Source: a virus (taxonomy: Duplodnaviria > Caudoviricetes). From it: DNA of 53,881 nt. The translations under genes were made by a program, and so were the position numbers. The stretch covers positions 1 to 53,881 of the IMG/VR virus record IMGVR_UViG_3300000502_000002; one strand, written 5' to 3'. Below the pieces are notes generated by a model. The model searched no databases. It was not told where the DNA came from and saw nothing but the letters and a program-made list of their open reading frames with translations. Of the stretch, positions 19,701-29,215 are shown one piece after another. Numbering within the stretch: the stretch's first letter is position 1; every line of letters starts with the position of its first letter.

Positions 19701-22700
19701 ATTCAGCAACACCTCATCGGACGGCTGCCCGGACACATTGCCTCCCCAGGTTGCCCCGTGGGTAGCGTTGAGGTCCCCTTTATACCCAAGTCCGGTAATG
19801 GTGACTTTGCCGCCTCCGGCCCCGTTTAACGACCCGTCACTTCCAATCGAGACAGTAGTATTGTCGAGTGAGGAGTCAAACAGGGCTAACTTGATGTTAT
19901 CGAACAGTACCGTCCCCTCGAATGTTTTACCGTCTACTCCGGTGTACGAGGCCATCAAGTAGATATTGATGCGATGAATCCGCTCACCCGGGTTTAACCT
20001 GGCGACGAATGGGAGTCTTTGCCATACCCCCGTAGTGTGATCAGAGACAACCACTGCTGTTCTCCGGAAGTACGTACTGGTGGTGTACAGATCGATCAGG
20101 ACACAAGGGCTGCCGGGGCCGACATAGTCTGTGATACAGACGTCGAAGGCCCCGCTGACAAACGTGTTCGCTGGGAGAGGCGAATCGGTCAGTAAGGTGT
20201 AATGGTACATCCCAGACTGCGTGTTCGCTGGAACCACAAACTTTGCAGCGTATTTCCCTACCCGGGTATTTGATGTCTCTTTGGAGAGGCAACCAGTACC
20301 CCACCGCGCCCATGATTTAGGGTATCCACCGGTCCAGTCACTGAATGTTGGGTTGAACCCCAACGCGACACTGTCGTCGTTTGAGTAGATCGAAGAATAA
20401 GGAATTCCACGCACGTTGGAATCCCAATCGGCCCCGACAGTAGCCCCGTCTTCGATGTTGCTTAGCTTGGTGCTGGCCGCAGGGTCAATGTCCCCGAGCC
20501 CACTGAAAGTCCCAGGACTCGCTTGGTCGAATGCGGCCTTGGCCAGGTTCCATGCCTGGGAGTAGGTGAGCGCCTGTCGGTAGTACCGGACTTCGGAGCA
20601 CTTGTACGGGCTGTGGTTAGCCGCCAGGTTGTCTGAGTTCCAGCCACCTTCCGAATTCCCCCCTAGTGTTACTCCTCTATCGGTCCCTGTTGACGCAGGG
20701 GCTCCGGATTTTGCTATGACTTCCTGGTGGGTACCGTCGGGGTGGAAAACTGCGTAGAACGAGCCCCCGTGGGTACTTTGGTAGTCAAAAGAGATGACCG
20801 CGACATGCCATTCGCCTTCATACAGGGCGCCCGGCAACTCGTAGTTATTGGTGCCTAACAGCCTGGACCCTCTAAGTGTCGCCTTCCCGTTAACATACTT
20901 AGAACCGACAACACACAAGCTGAAATAGTCTGAGTAGTCCTTGGAGATTATTCTGTCCAAATCCTTAAACGTAGCGGGGGCTTTAAACACGACAACCCAG
21001 GTTTGTTGCGGGTAGGCGGTCGGGTGGGTATCCACTCCTTTAGCGAGGAAAATTCCTTCTTGCTGCAGGTCGACAGCATTCCCGGTCAGCCCAGGAACCA
21101 CCGAGAAATTGGTGCCGTGGTCCAAGGTGTCGTACCCTAGCTTCCCAGTTTGTTCCTTAAACTGTGTTCCAGGAACATCGAATGACCACCGGCCGACAAG
21201 ATTTTCTGTGCCGACAAGATCGCCCAGCGAAACACCATCAGGGAGTCCTGCGAGTTTGCTGTCAGCATTCGTCAGCTTGCCATCAGCGTTGCTATCGAAC
21301 TCCGCCAGGTTGGTTGGCTGCCCGGCGATATTAGCGCCCCAGGTTGCCCCCTTGGTAGCGTTAAGGTCCCCTTTATACCCAAGTCCGGTAATGGTGACTT
21401 TGCCGCCTCCGGCCCCGTTTAACGACCCGTCACTTCCAATCGAGACAGTAGTATTGTCCACGGACGAGTCGAAAAAGGCGAACCGCATGTTGTCGAACAG
21501 CACGGTACCTTCGAACGCACCACCGAACGACCCGCTATTGTACGATGCAATGACGTAGAATCTGATTCCGTAGATCTGCTCGTCATATGACGTTCTTGCT
21601 GTAAAGGGAACTCGCTGCCACACCCCAGTGCCTGTGCTTGGCGCGGTAACGTACGTTCTGCGGTACGGAGGGGTGCCCCCATTTCCTGTACCGGTTAATA
21701 GATCAATGATCAACCCTGGGGTGCCTGGTCCAACAAATGATTCAATGCAGATGTCGATAGCACCGCTTAAAAACGTCCCAGCGGGTAATGGGTTCTCGGT
21801 GCCCCCCGAGTTGAACAGGAGCTTAGTCTGTTGAATCCCTGCGTTCTCCCCGGCACCGACTGTGAATTTTACCGAGGAACTCCCAATGCGGACATTGGAA
21901 GTTTCTTTTACGGGGTAGTTGTTGCCCCAAATAGCCCAGCGGTCTGGTAGCGCCCCGGACCATGCGCTGAACGTCGGGTTGAACCCTAATGCGACACTAT
22001 CGTCATTAGAGTAAATGGATTCGTAGGGGATTCCGGAGACGTTGGAATCCCAATCGGCCCCAACAGTAGCCCCAGGCTCCGACCACCTCTCGGTGTAGTC
22101 GTTTGCCGACACCAATGTCTGAGCAGAAACCGTGTTGATTTGGGCCGCCGATGATTCGTCTCCAGCGACCCTTGCCCGTCGTTCCTCTTCGACGGCAGCA
22201 GCAGCGGCATCAGAAACAACTGCGGCTATCTGCGTTAACGTGTTAGCTGCGGCCGTTGCGCTACCGTCAGCAGCGGTAGCTGATTCGCTAGCCTGCGTCG
22301 CAAAAGTCTGCGCCTCACTTTTGCTAGTGCTTGCCTGAGTGGCGCTCGATCGTGCGGTCCTCGCAGATTGGCCAGCTTCATCGGCTTTAGTGGCCGCAGT
22401 GGATGCGCTTGTTGTTGCCGCAGAAGCACTTTTGGCTGCATCGTCGCGTGCCGACTCTGCGGCAACTCTTGCGGATGCTGCCGCGCTCGCGGAATTGGAC
22501 GATTCCGTGGCACTTGTTTCGGCACTCTTTGCACTTCCTGCGCTCGCTGCTGCCGATTGCCCTGATGCGTTTTTGCTGGCCGCTGCTGCCGTTGCTGCCG
22601 TTGCTGCCGTTGCTGCGCTGCCCTTAGCATTAGTTTCGCTTGTCGCGGCATTAGTTTCACTTGTTGACGCTTTACCTGCACTGTCTGAGGCCTGAGACGC

Positions 22701-23570
22701 TGATTTGGCAGAATTTACAGAACTGTCGTAAGCGGCAGACGTGCTTTTGGCCGCATTTGTCGCACTCGCGGCCGCACTATTCCTCGAAGCCTCTGCGCTT
22801 CCTGCTGCGGACTCTGCTGCGAGTTTGTCGGCGCTAACCTGTGAGACTGCATTCTCTACTTCTGCAAGTGCAGCAGCCGCGTCTGCTGCACTTTGAGCCG
22901 CGCTTGCGGTATCACCATAGACCGTCTCCAGATCACTAACGTTCTGACTCAGAGACTGCACTGTCTCGTTTGTTTTGGGAATCGTCGCAATGGTATCCCT
23001 GAGGCTCTTGTATAGCATCCCCTCTTTTATCTGCCCGGATAGGATTTCAAGGTAATATTGAGGGTCAACCGAAAGCGACAATGGATTGTTTGTGCATGCC
23101 GAAGGAGGCCCCGACTTTTTATTGACCCCGATAGGGATAGCCCAATAGTAATACTGCGTAGGGACCGTTGATTCTGGTGGGTAATCAACCCACATACCAC
23201 CCTGTCCGGCCTGGCTCCCAACGTAGACGGCGCTGGCATAATCAGGAGTTGTGGATCGATAAAATTCAGTCCTCGCTAATATGAGGTTTATTTGAGGCGT
23301 CCACGTGAAGATAATGCCATGCATCCCCCCGACTCCAGAGAGGTCTGTAATAGCGTCAGGAGTTGCAGTACTAACATAGTCAGATATTGGCGAATCGCCA
23401 CCGTTAAAAATGTCTCCGCTGGAGATCTTGTCTCCATATTCACCCAATTCAATTTGACTAACATATCTCGATCCCGCAGAGTTAGCCCAAAGCTGAATTG
23501 CCTTCAAAGCATTTCTAACTTGCGAGTCGACCTTGTTGTTGATTGTCCCGATATTAAGTCTGTCTGCCAT
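16746..23570 (-). CDS. Modular tail fibre / receptor-binding protein
   Basis: 2274 aa: FnIII-like N-terminus, long Ala/Ser/Thr coiled segment, repeated carbohydrate-binding-like modules, LamG/ConA-like domain (LVGRWSFD...EVRYYRQALT) and a DUF1983-like region (K.DANGRVTGYGL). Confidence 0.85.
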   Translation of the reverse strand: MADRLNIGTINNKVDSQVRNALKAIQLWANSAGSRYVSQIELGEYGDKISSGDIFNGGDSPISDYVSTATPDAITDLSGVGGMHGIIFTWTPQINLILARTEFYRSTTPDYASAVYVGSQAGQGGMWVDYPPESTVPTQYYYWAIPIGVNKKSGPPSACTNNPLSLSVDPQYYLEILSGQIKEGMLYKSLRDTIATIPKTNETVQSLSQNVSDLETVYGDTASAAQSAADAAAALAEVENAVSQVSADKLAAESAAGSAEASRNSAAASATNAAKSTSAAYDSSVNSAKSASQASDSAGKASTSETNAATSETNAKGSAATAATAATAAAASKNASGQSAAASAGSAKSAETSATESSNSASAAASARVAAESARDDAAKSASAATTSASTAATKADEAGQSARTARSSATQASTSKSEAQTFATQASESATAADGSATAAANTLTQIAAVVSDAAAAAVEEERRARVAGDESSAAQINTVSAQTLVSANDYTERWSEPGATVGADWDSNVSGIPYESIYSNDDSVALGFNPTFSAWSGALPDRWAIWGNNYPVKETSNVRIGSSSVKFTVGAGENAGIQQTKLLFNSGGTENPLPAGTFLSGAIDICIESFVGPGTPGLIIDLLTGTGNGGTPPYRRTYVTAPSTGTGVWQRVPFTARTSYDEQIYGIRFYVIASYNSGSFGGAFEGTVLFDNMRFAFFDSSVDNTTVSIGSDGSLNGAGGGKVTITGLGYKGDLNATKGATWGANIAGQPTNLAEFDSNADGKLTNADSKLAGLPDGVSLGDLVGTENLVGRWSFDVPGTQFKEQTGKLGYDTLDHGTNFSVVPGLTGNAVDLQQEGIFLAKGVDTHPTAYPQQTWVVVFKAPATFKDLDRIISKDYSDYFSLCVVGSKYVNGKATLRGSRLLGTNNYELPGALYEGEWHVAVISFDYQSTHGGSFYAVFHPDGTHQEVIAKSGAPASTGTDRGVTLGGNSEGGWNSDNLAANHSPYKCSEVRYYRQALTYSQAWNLAKAAFDQASPGTFSGLGDIDPAASTKLSNIEDGATVGADWDSNVRGIPYSSIYSNDDSVALGFNPTFSDWTGGYPKSWARWGTGCLSKETSNTRVGKYAAKFVVPANTQSGMYHYTLLTDSPLPANTFVSGAFDVCITDYVGPGSPCVLIDLYTTSTYFRRTAVVVSDHTTGVWQRLPFVARLNPGERIHRINIYLMASYTGVDGKTFEGTVLFDNIKLALFDSSLDNTTVSIGSDGSLNGAGGGKVTITGLGYKGDLNATHGATWGGNVSGQPSDEVLLNYLPPSGAFNGVPLPFSNRPIYIPCRASTAGASGWIKIFEGGLSGVYDSMQFEGTFRWGSSGGRYTASCQARISFVTGNPGTVPLAEHFAYKGDNPSAFIRVFKRQDPSRSDNWVITVYAQLASNYYEVCLDGTWLVKNGTPYTWISGEQTNTFVASPVGSQTEIIPKADYEIGADVTANQIAGRGVNIIPARFSFWNGGNYDCASWAKRDGATVEVLKGVSYFGDYSLRVAAVAADSYVYLGGATNNYSIPLAPNKRWIYSAYVRIPTAGSPKTTFNASLYVRTAKGSYYSVQASVPPDGQWHRVEGVIDLTADSSTMCMMRLDNDSYNSAGTTYAYFDGIMLEEQVGNKVTASAYNCPGSEYAVLPADGADVTANETLVYNGHFEQGNKYWSQSCEGKTVPQTTAGSLVQAGSWGGSALEVTGYPGLFFATTPIPVDVTRTYIARFRVRQTADSSTGGSRVYAGVATLDKNYNNITGGAGSHRYFACSGSAISASQGWLTFEGRITGTGDKNTQFREGTAYVRPMFIVNYPGGNGTAQVDGLEFFEDVAATNGIEDGADVTDYDKINNQIDAAVTVEKNARTTAYGALANSITTLQTSVGSVKTSLQDKAEITDLKAVREVKIDANGRVTGYGLYGDSKSTEMGFFLDRLWIADPDSTDQDLIPFIFDEGKLYLDTAKIVNLSATNFVGGTIVADRLSSVLAKTAQQIIGWKLSSADGLFNVDMESKVLSMELANGDKVEIGPTGQTFYVGGVEYSPFYRIEAGVVNSGEEYDFGVPFKEDPFIIVTPKNHPSYGKAYSNYDQSTDYGYEPLDGDLRTGVVAKAELTIGGSGSVGYNDSDKDLRGRSGHLDTSSSYTYTTTNLNVASIAVTIKGHGVNTSARGGKLRVEFREYGDTEWLPLTVVTHKSYHTSTYQLPAFPHTGRWQYRITAFDLVHGTNTVGSDSGEREESFYSYLEYKSHVEYLGDRTSIQDGELYVVAIGV
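19771..19865. repeat. 95-bp exact direct repeat, copy 1 (copy 2 at 21364-21458)
   Basis: Identical sequence aggtcccctttatacc...gacagtagtattgtc, offset 1593 bp (531 codons). Confidence 0.95.
21364..21458. repeat. 95-bp exact direct repeat, copy 2
   Basis: Identical to 19771-19865. Confidence 0.95.
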
Positions 23571-23580
23571 AGCACTTACC

Positions 23581-25206
23581 TTAGTTGCTGTTCAAATCGT
23601 CTACGGTTCTTCCGATAGCGACTGAACTTATTTTTTCAGATGACTCAACCTCGATCGCAACTCTCTCATAGAGAATTCCACCGGGGAGCCTGAACGGTCT
23701 ACTGCTAGACACGGCAACCCTATCAACGATCACCGTGCCATCGTCAGCATATAGCGAAAAGGTCACTGGATAGGCCGAGGCGATAATTTGCGCAGCCCCA
23801 AAGTTCTCTGGCTGACCAAGCGTTATCAGGCATGAGCGCCAGAGTCCAGACAACCCAACCTGAGAGCCATTCCATACGACAACCTTATCTCCAGAAACGA
23901 GGTACAGCGCACCCTCGCCGTCATCATAGGCCCCCGCTTTGGCGCCAACGCCGTTAAGCAACGATAAACGCTTATTTTTCGGGTCATAAACGAACCCGCC
24001 GTCTTCGCTAAAGGCCACATATAAGGAGCCATACCGGAACGCTCTTATCGTTTCAGGCTTCAGCGCTTTCCATGATTTGTTATCAATAACCCCTTCAGTG
24101 ATAGGCTCAAGCATTTCAACGCCGACCGCCCAAAGACCGTTTGCCGACGGATAGACAACGGCATACCCAAGATCAACGGTGCCACGCGCAGAAACGCAAG
24201 CCTCGCCTTTCTCAAGCCGTTCAATCGACATTTCCCCTGGAGTGTCCCCGGAAACAACTACGGGGAAACCATTTTTTGTTGTGACCAGAATAGAGCCTCC
24301 GAAAAGGCCGCATGAGACAACCTCTTCGCCAACCGGGATGCGGTAAGATTCAGGCCAGGCATGCGGCCTCCACGGAACGCTAAAATAAAGATCAGTTCCA
24401 GAATGCCCAAAGAGAAAGCCTGCGGGATGTTTCTTGAGTCCGGAAAGCCCTACTGGCGGCGGGTCCCACCCAGCGCTTTGCATGGTGATAATCGCAAGGT
24501 TTCTTGTCAGCTTCGTGTCTTCATATGTTTCCGTGTCTATCGGAAGGATAGTAACCAAGAGCGGCTCAGAGCTTCCTTCGGAGTCACCAGCAAATCGGTA
24601 GATTAGAATCTCATCAATGTCATACTTCCCCGATATACTTCCGGGGAGCCCAGACAGGGCGACCCCTTGTCCTGGCTGCACTGTGACAATTTCAGAAGAA
24701 GGGCATGGCGGCCCTTCTTCCCCATACTTGCTTCGGTACGTGACAAGGTAGGCCCACCTTTCAGCCATTGTCGGGTCTTCGTCCGTCGCCTCTCCGATAA
24801 CTTCCAGGGTGGGCGTTACTGTTGGGGCTGGGACACCAAGAACCCGATAGTCTGAAGGGTAAACGCCGGGAGTCGAGACAATGATATCGTTCCCTGCCAT
24901 ACGTGGCTCTGCTTCTCCGGTCCAGTAGACTCGCTCCCATTTATCATCAGCCAGCGGAGAACTAACTACGTCAACGTCTTCTAGCCAGTGGAGCCAATAT
25001 CTGCCAGAGAGGCCGAAATATCGAGCAAGCGTTAACTTTGGCCCAGCCTTCCCGAGAGTACCAGGGGCCTGCTTAAGACCGCGCCACGGTCTAAAATCTC
25101 CGGCAGAAAGATCAAGGTTGACAGCTTTATCTGCTGCCGGTGGGGTGAGTAGATGGGGTGCTATTGCCGGGTATATCCCGCCAAACTTATCAGCTTTGAG
25201 CAGCAT
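23581..25206 (-). CDS. Tail structural protein (nozzle/tail-tubular-like)
   Basis: 541 aa, beta-rich; YLVTYRSKYGEEGPP and FS.P..PHAWP motifs typical of short-tail proteins; sits between adaptor and fibre genes. Confidence 0.7.
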   Translation of the reverse strand: MLLKADKFGGIYPAIAPHLLTPPAADKAVNLDLSAGDFRPWRGLKQAPGTLGKAGPKLTLARYFGLSGRYWLHWLEDVDVVSSPLADDKWERVYWTGEAEPRMAGNDIIVSTPGVYPSDYRVLGVPAPTVTPTLEVIGEATDEDPTMAERWAYLVTYRSKYGEEGPPCPSSEIVTVQPGQGVALSGLPGSISGKYDIDEILIYRFAGDSEGSSEPLLVTILPIDTETYEDTKLTRNLAIITMQSAGWDPPPVGLSGLKKHPAGFLFGHSGTDLYFSVPWRPHAWPESYRIPVGEEVVSCGLFGGSILVTTKNGFPVVVSGDTPGEMSIERLEKGEACVSARGTVDLGYAVVYPSANGLWAVGVEMLEPITEGVIDNKSWKALKPETIRAFRYGSLYVAFSEDGGFVYDPKNKRLSLLNGVGAKAGAYDDGEGALYLVSGDKVVVWNGSQVGLSGLWRSCLITLGQPENFGAAQIIASAYPVTFSLYADDGTVIVDRVAVSSSRPFRLPGGILYERVAIEVESSEKISSVAIGRTVDDLNSN

Positions 25207-25212
25207 ATTTAG

Positions 25213-25929
25213 TTACCTCCCAGCCTCGGCCTTTGCAGCCCGGCGCTCGCGAGAACGCTGCTTGTAGAATTCAACATCATCCCCCATACCTTCCTCGACC
25301 TGGCCGGTTAAGCCAAGCGCCTGTCTGAATGCTGCTAGATGCGAAGCGGCCCGGCCGGTAGCGTTCGCCCCAGCTCCATCTTTGCTAAATGCTCGATAAA
25401 GAATGTAGTCAACCATTGCGTTAGCCAGCTCATCGCCGATATCTATTTTTGCGCTATCCGGAATTTTTCCATTGGCAAGGACAACTTCAGCGGGAAACAT
25501 TGATACCACCGTGTCGATTTGCCCCGGCCTGTCCCATGGCTGCGGAGGATATACATAAAAGACGCGCTGATTGCGCTGATCAAGCATATAGAACTTTACG
25601 TTAACGTGGCTTTCGGCCCCGGCCCATCCAGGGTAAAGGATGTCAAGAATATCTCGGCCAATCGGAAGAACTGCCGGCCCATAAGATCCATCAGCCCCAC
25701 GATTGCACCGTGCCTGAAGTAGCATATAGGCCCCGGCTGGGAGTTCCTGTCGGGGTCCAGGTGATAGCTTGATAAGATAATCTACAGGGTTCACATCAGG
25801 TTTTAAGGTAACGGCATCTCTCTGGCCAGCGTTGTACCAGCGGACAAGCTCAGCGACAGGCCAGCGCAAGCCGTTCTCATCAAGCAGGATCGTTGCTGCG
25901 TTCTCAATAATCTCCTTTACTGAAACCAT
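25213..25929 (-). CDS. Head-tail adaptor protein (DUF6682-like)
   Basis: L.D....RW...EL..W.N.GQ, FYVYPP and DYILYRAFSKD motifs. Confidence 0.75.
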   Translation of the reverse strand: MVSVKEIIENAATILLDENGLRWPVAELVRWYNAGQRDAVTLKPDVNPVDYLIKLSPGPRQELPAGAYMLLQARCNRGADGSYGPAVLPIGRDILDILYPGWAGAESHVNVKFYMLDQRNQRVFYVYPPQPWDRPGQIDTVVSMFPAEVVLANGKIPDSAKIDIGDELANAMVDYILYRAFSKDGAGANATGRAASHLAAFRQALGLTGQVEEGMGDDVEFYKQRSRERRAAKAEAGR

Positions 25930-25941
25930 TATGTGCGCTCC

Positions 25942-26577
25942 TTAAACGACTCCTGGAAAGAACCAACCGACATTTTTTTTTGCCCGACGCGGGACAACGG
26001 CATCAACCTGGACACCAACCATTCTCTTGAATGCTTGGTCAACAACCGCAGCCATCCCTGCGCGAGCAATCGCAAGAGTTGCATCGGGCAAAATACTGGT
26101 ATCGAACATCCCGTAAAATGGGAGTTCGCAAGACATTTGGGTAATGCCCGCTGGCCTTGCATAGCATTCACCCTTTACAATCACAGCATTCGTATTGATT
26201 GGAAATAGAGACATGGTAAGACCGCGAAGAACATAGCGAAGCGGAACGCCTGGCGTTTTTAAGGAATAGCGTTCCCCCATCGGGAGAGGCGTTAAGTGCC
26301 TTATAAAATTTCCATTTTCCTCAAAGATGGCCGGAAATTCCTCATCATCCATCCCCAGGAACGTCCCACCGCCGCTCAGTGCATCCCCGTAATTGAACGC
26401 TCCCAAACCAGCGCTTACAGAAACTGAATAGTCAGTCTTCAGCAGGTCGCTTCTCGAAGACCACAGGTGGTCACAGATGACGCCGATAGCTCCATTGAGC
26501 GCGCTCAAAAAGGAGACGTTCGGCCTTGCCGCCGCCAGCCTTGGCAGTAGCGATTCAAACAGAGCTTCGGCTGTCAA
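25942..26577 (-). CDS. Putative adaptor/virion protein
   Basis: 211 aa, SD GAGGTG before a TTG start, in the head-tail gene block. Confidence 0.6.
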   Translation of the reverse strand: MTAEALFESLLPRLAAARPNVSFLSALNGAIGVICDHLWSSRSDLLKTDYSVSVSAGLGAFNYGDALSGGGTFLGMDDEEFPAIFEENGNFIRHLTPLPMGERYSLKTPGVPLRYVLRGLTMSLFPINTNAVIVKGECYARPAGITQMSCELPFYGMFDTSILPDATLAIARAGMAAVVDQAFKRMVGVQVDAVVPRRAKKNVGWFFPGVV

Positions 26578-26597
26578 TTTTTCACCTCTTGAGTTTG

Positions 26598-27062
26598 TTA
26601 GGTTAGAGCGTTAACGGCCTCTTCAATTTCAGTCGCAGACACATCATTGAAGCCGGTGATCTCTTCAATAGTGTCAACTCTCGGCATCGAAGGGCGCCCA
26701 AAGGCAGCAGGGGCATAATCTTCCTTCGCAACTGACATAACAGCAGACATAATAGCGTCAGCGCGCGAGACCTTGGTTGCGTCACCCGAAGATGCAACAT
26801 CGTCAGAAACTTGGGGCCTGACTTCCAGCGGAACCGAGGATAACGGCATCTTTCCGCCGACCACATCCATTCCAGGACTTCGAGCCAGATATTGCGTATA
26901 GGGGAAAACTCGATTATCGCTTCGCCGGACGAGATGGAGGTCTTCGTTTCCTTTGGCGTCCTTTTCATAAGGGCGCTTTGCCAGCTTCTGCTTGCTGCAC
27001 CCAGCGAGCCGTGCCTGAGAGGCTGCGACACGCGCTTTAGCTTCTTGAGATATTTCAGCCAT
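26598..27062 (-). CDS. Hypothetical virion-associated protein
   Basis: 154 aa, SD AAGGAG, follows the capsid gene. Confidence 0.6.
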   Translation of the reverse strand: MAEISQEAKARVAASQARLAGCSKQKLAKRPYEKDAKGNEDLHLVRRSDNRVFPYTQYLARSPGMDVVGGKMPLSSVPLEVRPQVSDDVASSGDATKVSRADAIMSAVMSVAKEDYAPAAFGRPSMPRVDTIEEITGFNDVSATEIEEAVNALT

Positions 27063-27134
27063 AATGGTGGCTCCTTATTGGTTAAAGGGCAGTGGACCAC
27101 CCTTTGTAAATATTCGGGTCGTCGAAGGAGATAG

Positions 27135-27166
27135 AGATTGCCCAGGACCTAAGTCCGGGGCAATCT
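27135..27166 (-). terminator. Stem-loop downstream of the capsid gene (weak terminator or mRNA stabiliser)
   Basis: AGATTGCCC-AGGAC-ctaa-GTCC-G-GGGCAATCT; no long U tract. Confidence 0.45.
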
Positions 27167-27179
27167 TCCTGGTTAATTG

Positions 27180-28151
27180 TTAGCCGCCAAAGCTGGGGCG
27201 GCCCCAGATAAATCCGAGGGCAGCATCCTTGACAACTTCGAACCCGAAAACATGGAGGCCTTCGAGCAAGGTCGCAAAACTATCCGGGTCGTCGATGGTC
27301 CGGTTTTTGATCAACTGCGACGCAAAGGTCAGGGCCGATTTTTGACCGAAGATAATCGGGTAGTTGGTATACCCCCCCTGCGTAACGCCGAGAATGTTGT
27401 TGCTCCCGTACATGGTGAAGTTTGAAATCATCCCCATTTTGCCGTTTCGCAAATTCTGGTTGCTTTGGTCCCCAGTGAACAGGGCTGATCGCAAATCGGA
27501 AGTATTTATCAACGCCTTGAACCATTCCGGAATAACCATAAACCGGTCACCGAGCGGAACGTCGGACTCGGTCAGTACCGAGTCCGCATAAACGATATAG
27601 TCCAAAGCGTTTGCTTTGGTGATCGTGATAGCCCCAGTTCCGTCTGTGACCGTATGATCTCCAAGGTTGAAGAACCCTGAAACCTTACCCGCATTAGAAC
27701 CGATATTGTTTGCGGAAGCAGAACCCCACATTTCATTCAGGATGGTACGATCAATCTGAATGCCAAGCTGCTCAGAGCCATCGGCTGCCCATTCGTCCAT
27801 GGCGTCGACATCGTTTTGAATTTTATCGATATCGTCGATGGCCACGCTGTATGCCTTGGCCCGGTCAATCAGAAGTTCGACAGCAGGAGACTCAGGAGCC
27901 TTTTGCCGCTTTTCGCGAAGATTCATACCCTTCTCGTAGTCGAACACGTTAACGTCCGGGCGAGTACGGACGATAACCTTGTCGCCAGACTTGGTAATCT
28001 CGCCCTCATAATCGCGGTTAGCGATCTCGCCAAAGACGGTTTTTAGATAAAATTTGATCAGCAGGCTCTTGGCATAAAGTATCGGAGTGTACTTTGAAAT
28101 ACCGCCTGATCCGCCAGCGGGATACCCCGCTACGCTTGGAACACCAGCCAT
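27180..28151 (-). CDS. Major capsid protein (HK97 fold, P22-coat-like)
   Basis: 323 aa; N.DYEGEI...GD.V, L.ID...Y...IDD.D..Q and GLHVFG..V motifs; follows the scaffold gene. Confidence 0.85.
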   Translation of the reverse strand: MAGVPSVAGYPAGGSGGISKYTPILYAKSLLIKFYLKTVFGEIANRDYEGEITKSGDKVIVRTRPDVNVFDYEKGMNLREKRQKAPESPAVELLIDRAKAYSVAIDDIDKIQNDVDAMDEWAADGSEQLGIQIDRTILNEMWGSASANNIGSNAGKVSGFFNLGDHTVTDGTGAITITKANALDYIVYADSVLTESDVPLGDRFMVIPEWFKALINTSDLRSALFTGDQSNQNLRNGKMGMISNFTMYGSNNILGVTQGGYTNYPIIFGQKSALTFASQLIKNRTIDDPDSFATLLEGLHVFGFEVVKDAALGFIWGRPSFGG

Positions 28152-28189
28152 GATATTTTTCCTTTCCTCTTATCGAATTGGCAGGTGAT

Positions 28190-29215
28190 CTATCCGATAA
28201 TCCTTCCTTCGCTGTCGGCTATGCGAATCTCGGCTTCGGTCTCCCGAATTGTTTTCAGGTCCAGCTTCCCAAGTTCAGCCTTATGGTAAAACTCGGTCAC
28301 CTCAGCCATCGTCCAGACCTTGCCTTGGCTATTCTCAGCGATAGACTGATAGCCGGTCCCCCTAGCCTCTGGCTGTATCAGGGATTCAGGCATAGCTTTC
28401 TTTTCGTTTTTGCCGCTAGCGTCGGGGCGATTACCGTTGCCACCTTTGCCTTGTTTATTTTTTGCAATTGAATTGGTTTTATAGATATTAAAAATGGCCG
28501 CAGTCCTTCCTGCGTTACCAGCATTGAAGGCTTCCATTAGCAGTTCGCGATACGATCTCGCTGAAATAGGGTCGAACTCTTCGAGCCATTCGGCAAAGTC
28601 TGGACTGACGTTTATTTCAGGCCATTCAGGGCAAAGTTCGCTCATTTTGGTAGCGAATTTTGCTTTCGAATTTTCTGCCCTGAACTCATCTACATCTCTC
28701 TTGAGTGGGCCAAGCTGGGCCGACAGCTCAGTGCTAAACATCTCACTAACAGCTTCGGCGAATTCATCACCGTAGCGATCTTTGAGTAGATTCAGCTTGT
28801 CACCGACAGATTCACCCTCATCACTACTGGTAGCGCTGGAACTTTTAAGCTGCGTATTTTCCTGCTCAAGCGCACTGATCCTGGTGCGCAAGTCCGCTGT
28901 GGACTCTTCCAGCCTGCGGTTAAACAAGCCCCGCAAGGACAAGTATCGTTGTTTCCAGACTGCCGGGTCTTCATCGTCTTCAGCCTTCCGCTTGTCATGG
29001 CTGTCGCCTCCCGGCTGATCGCCGTTTTTCTTCGCCGCATCGCCGTCGGGTGCCTCCATATTGACTTTGCCGCCGCCGCCCTCTGTTCCGGTATCAGAGC
29101 CGTCGGGTATGGCCTCAGTATCAGAGCCAGTCTCCGCTTTCATCTGCGTACGAATCTCTTCGAGTTCTTGTTTTGCCCGTTTTACCGGGTCAAGATAACT
29201 ACCGTTAGCCATCAA
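28190..29215 (-). CDS. Capsid scaffolding protein
   Basis: Acidic disordered N-terminus, coiled coil WKQRY.SL.G, PEW..IN..P.F..WL, C-terminal A.SEGRI; between portal and capsid. Confidence 0.75.
   Translation of the reverse strand: MMANGSYLDPVKRAKQELEEIRTQMKAETGSDTEAIPDGSDTGTEGGGGKVNMEAPDGDAAKKNGDQPGGDSHDKRKAEDDEDPAVWKQRYLSLRGLFNRRLEESTADLRTRISALEQENTQLKSSSATSSDEGESVGDKLNLLKDRYGDEFAEAVSEMFSTELSAQLGPLKRDVDEFRAENSKAKFATKMSELCPEWPEINVSPDFAEWLEEFDPISARSYRELLMEAFNAGNAGRTAAIFNIYKTNSIAKNKQGKGGNGNRPDASGKNEKKAMPESLIQPEARGTGYQSIAENSQGKVWTMAEVTEFYHKAELGKLDLKTIRETEAEIRIADSEGRIIG

Noticed and set aside
22200-22930. Ala/Ser/Thr low-complexity segment as a DNA repeat element, with overlapping ORFs
   Set aside because: It is a protein-level repeat typical of phage tail fibres with degenerate codons, which also explains the open alternate frames.
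25929-27100. Alternate-frame minus-strand ORFs 25929-26171 and 26603-27100
   Set aside because: They overlap better-supported ORFs (25942-26577 and 26598-27062) that have clear SD sequences.
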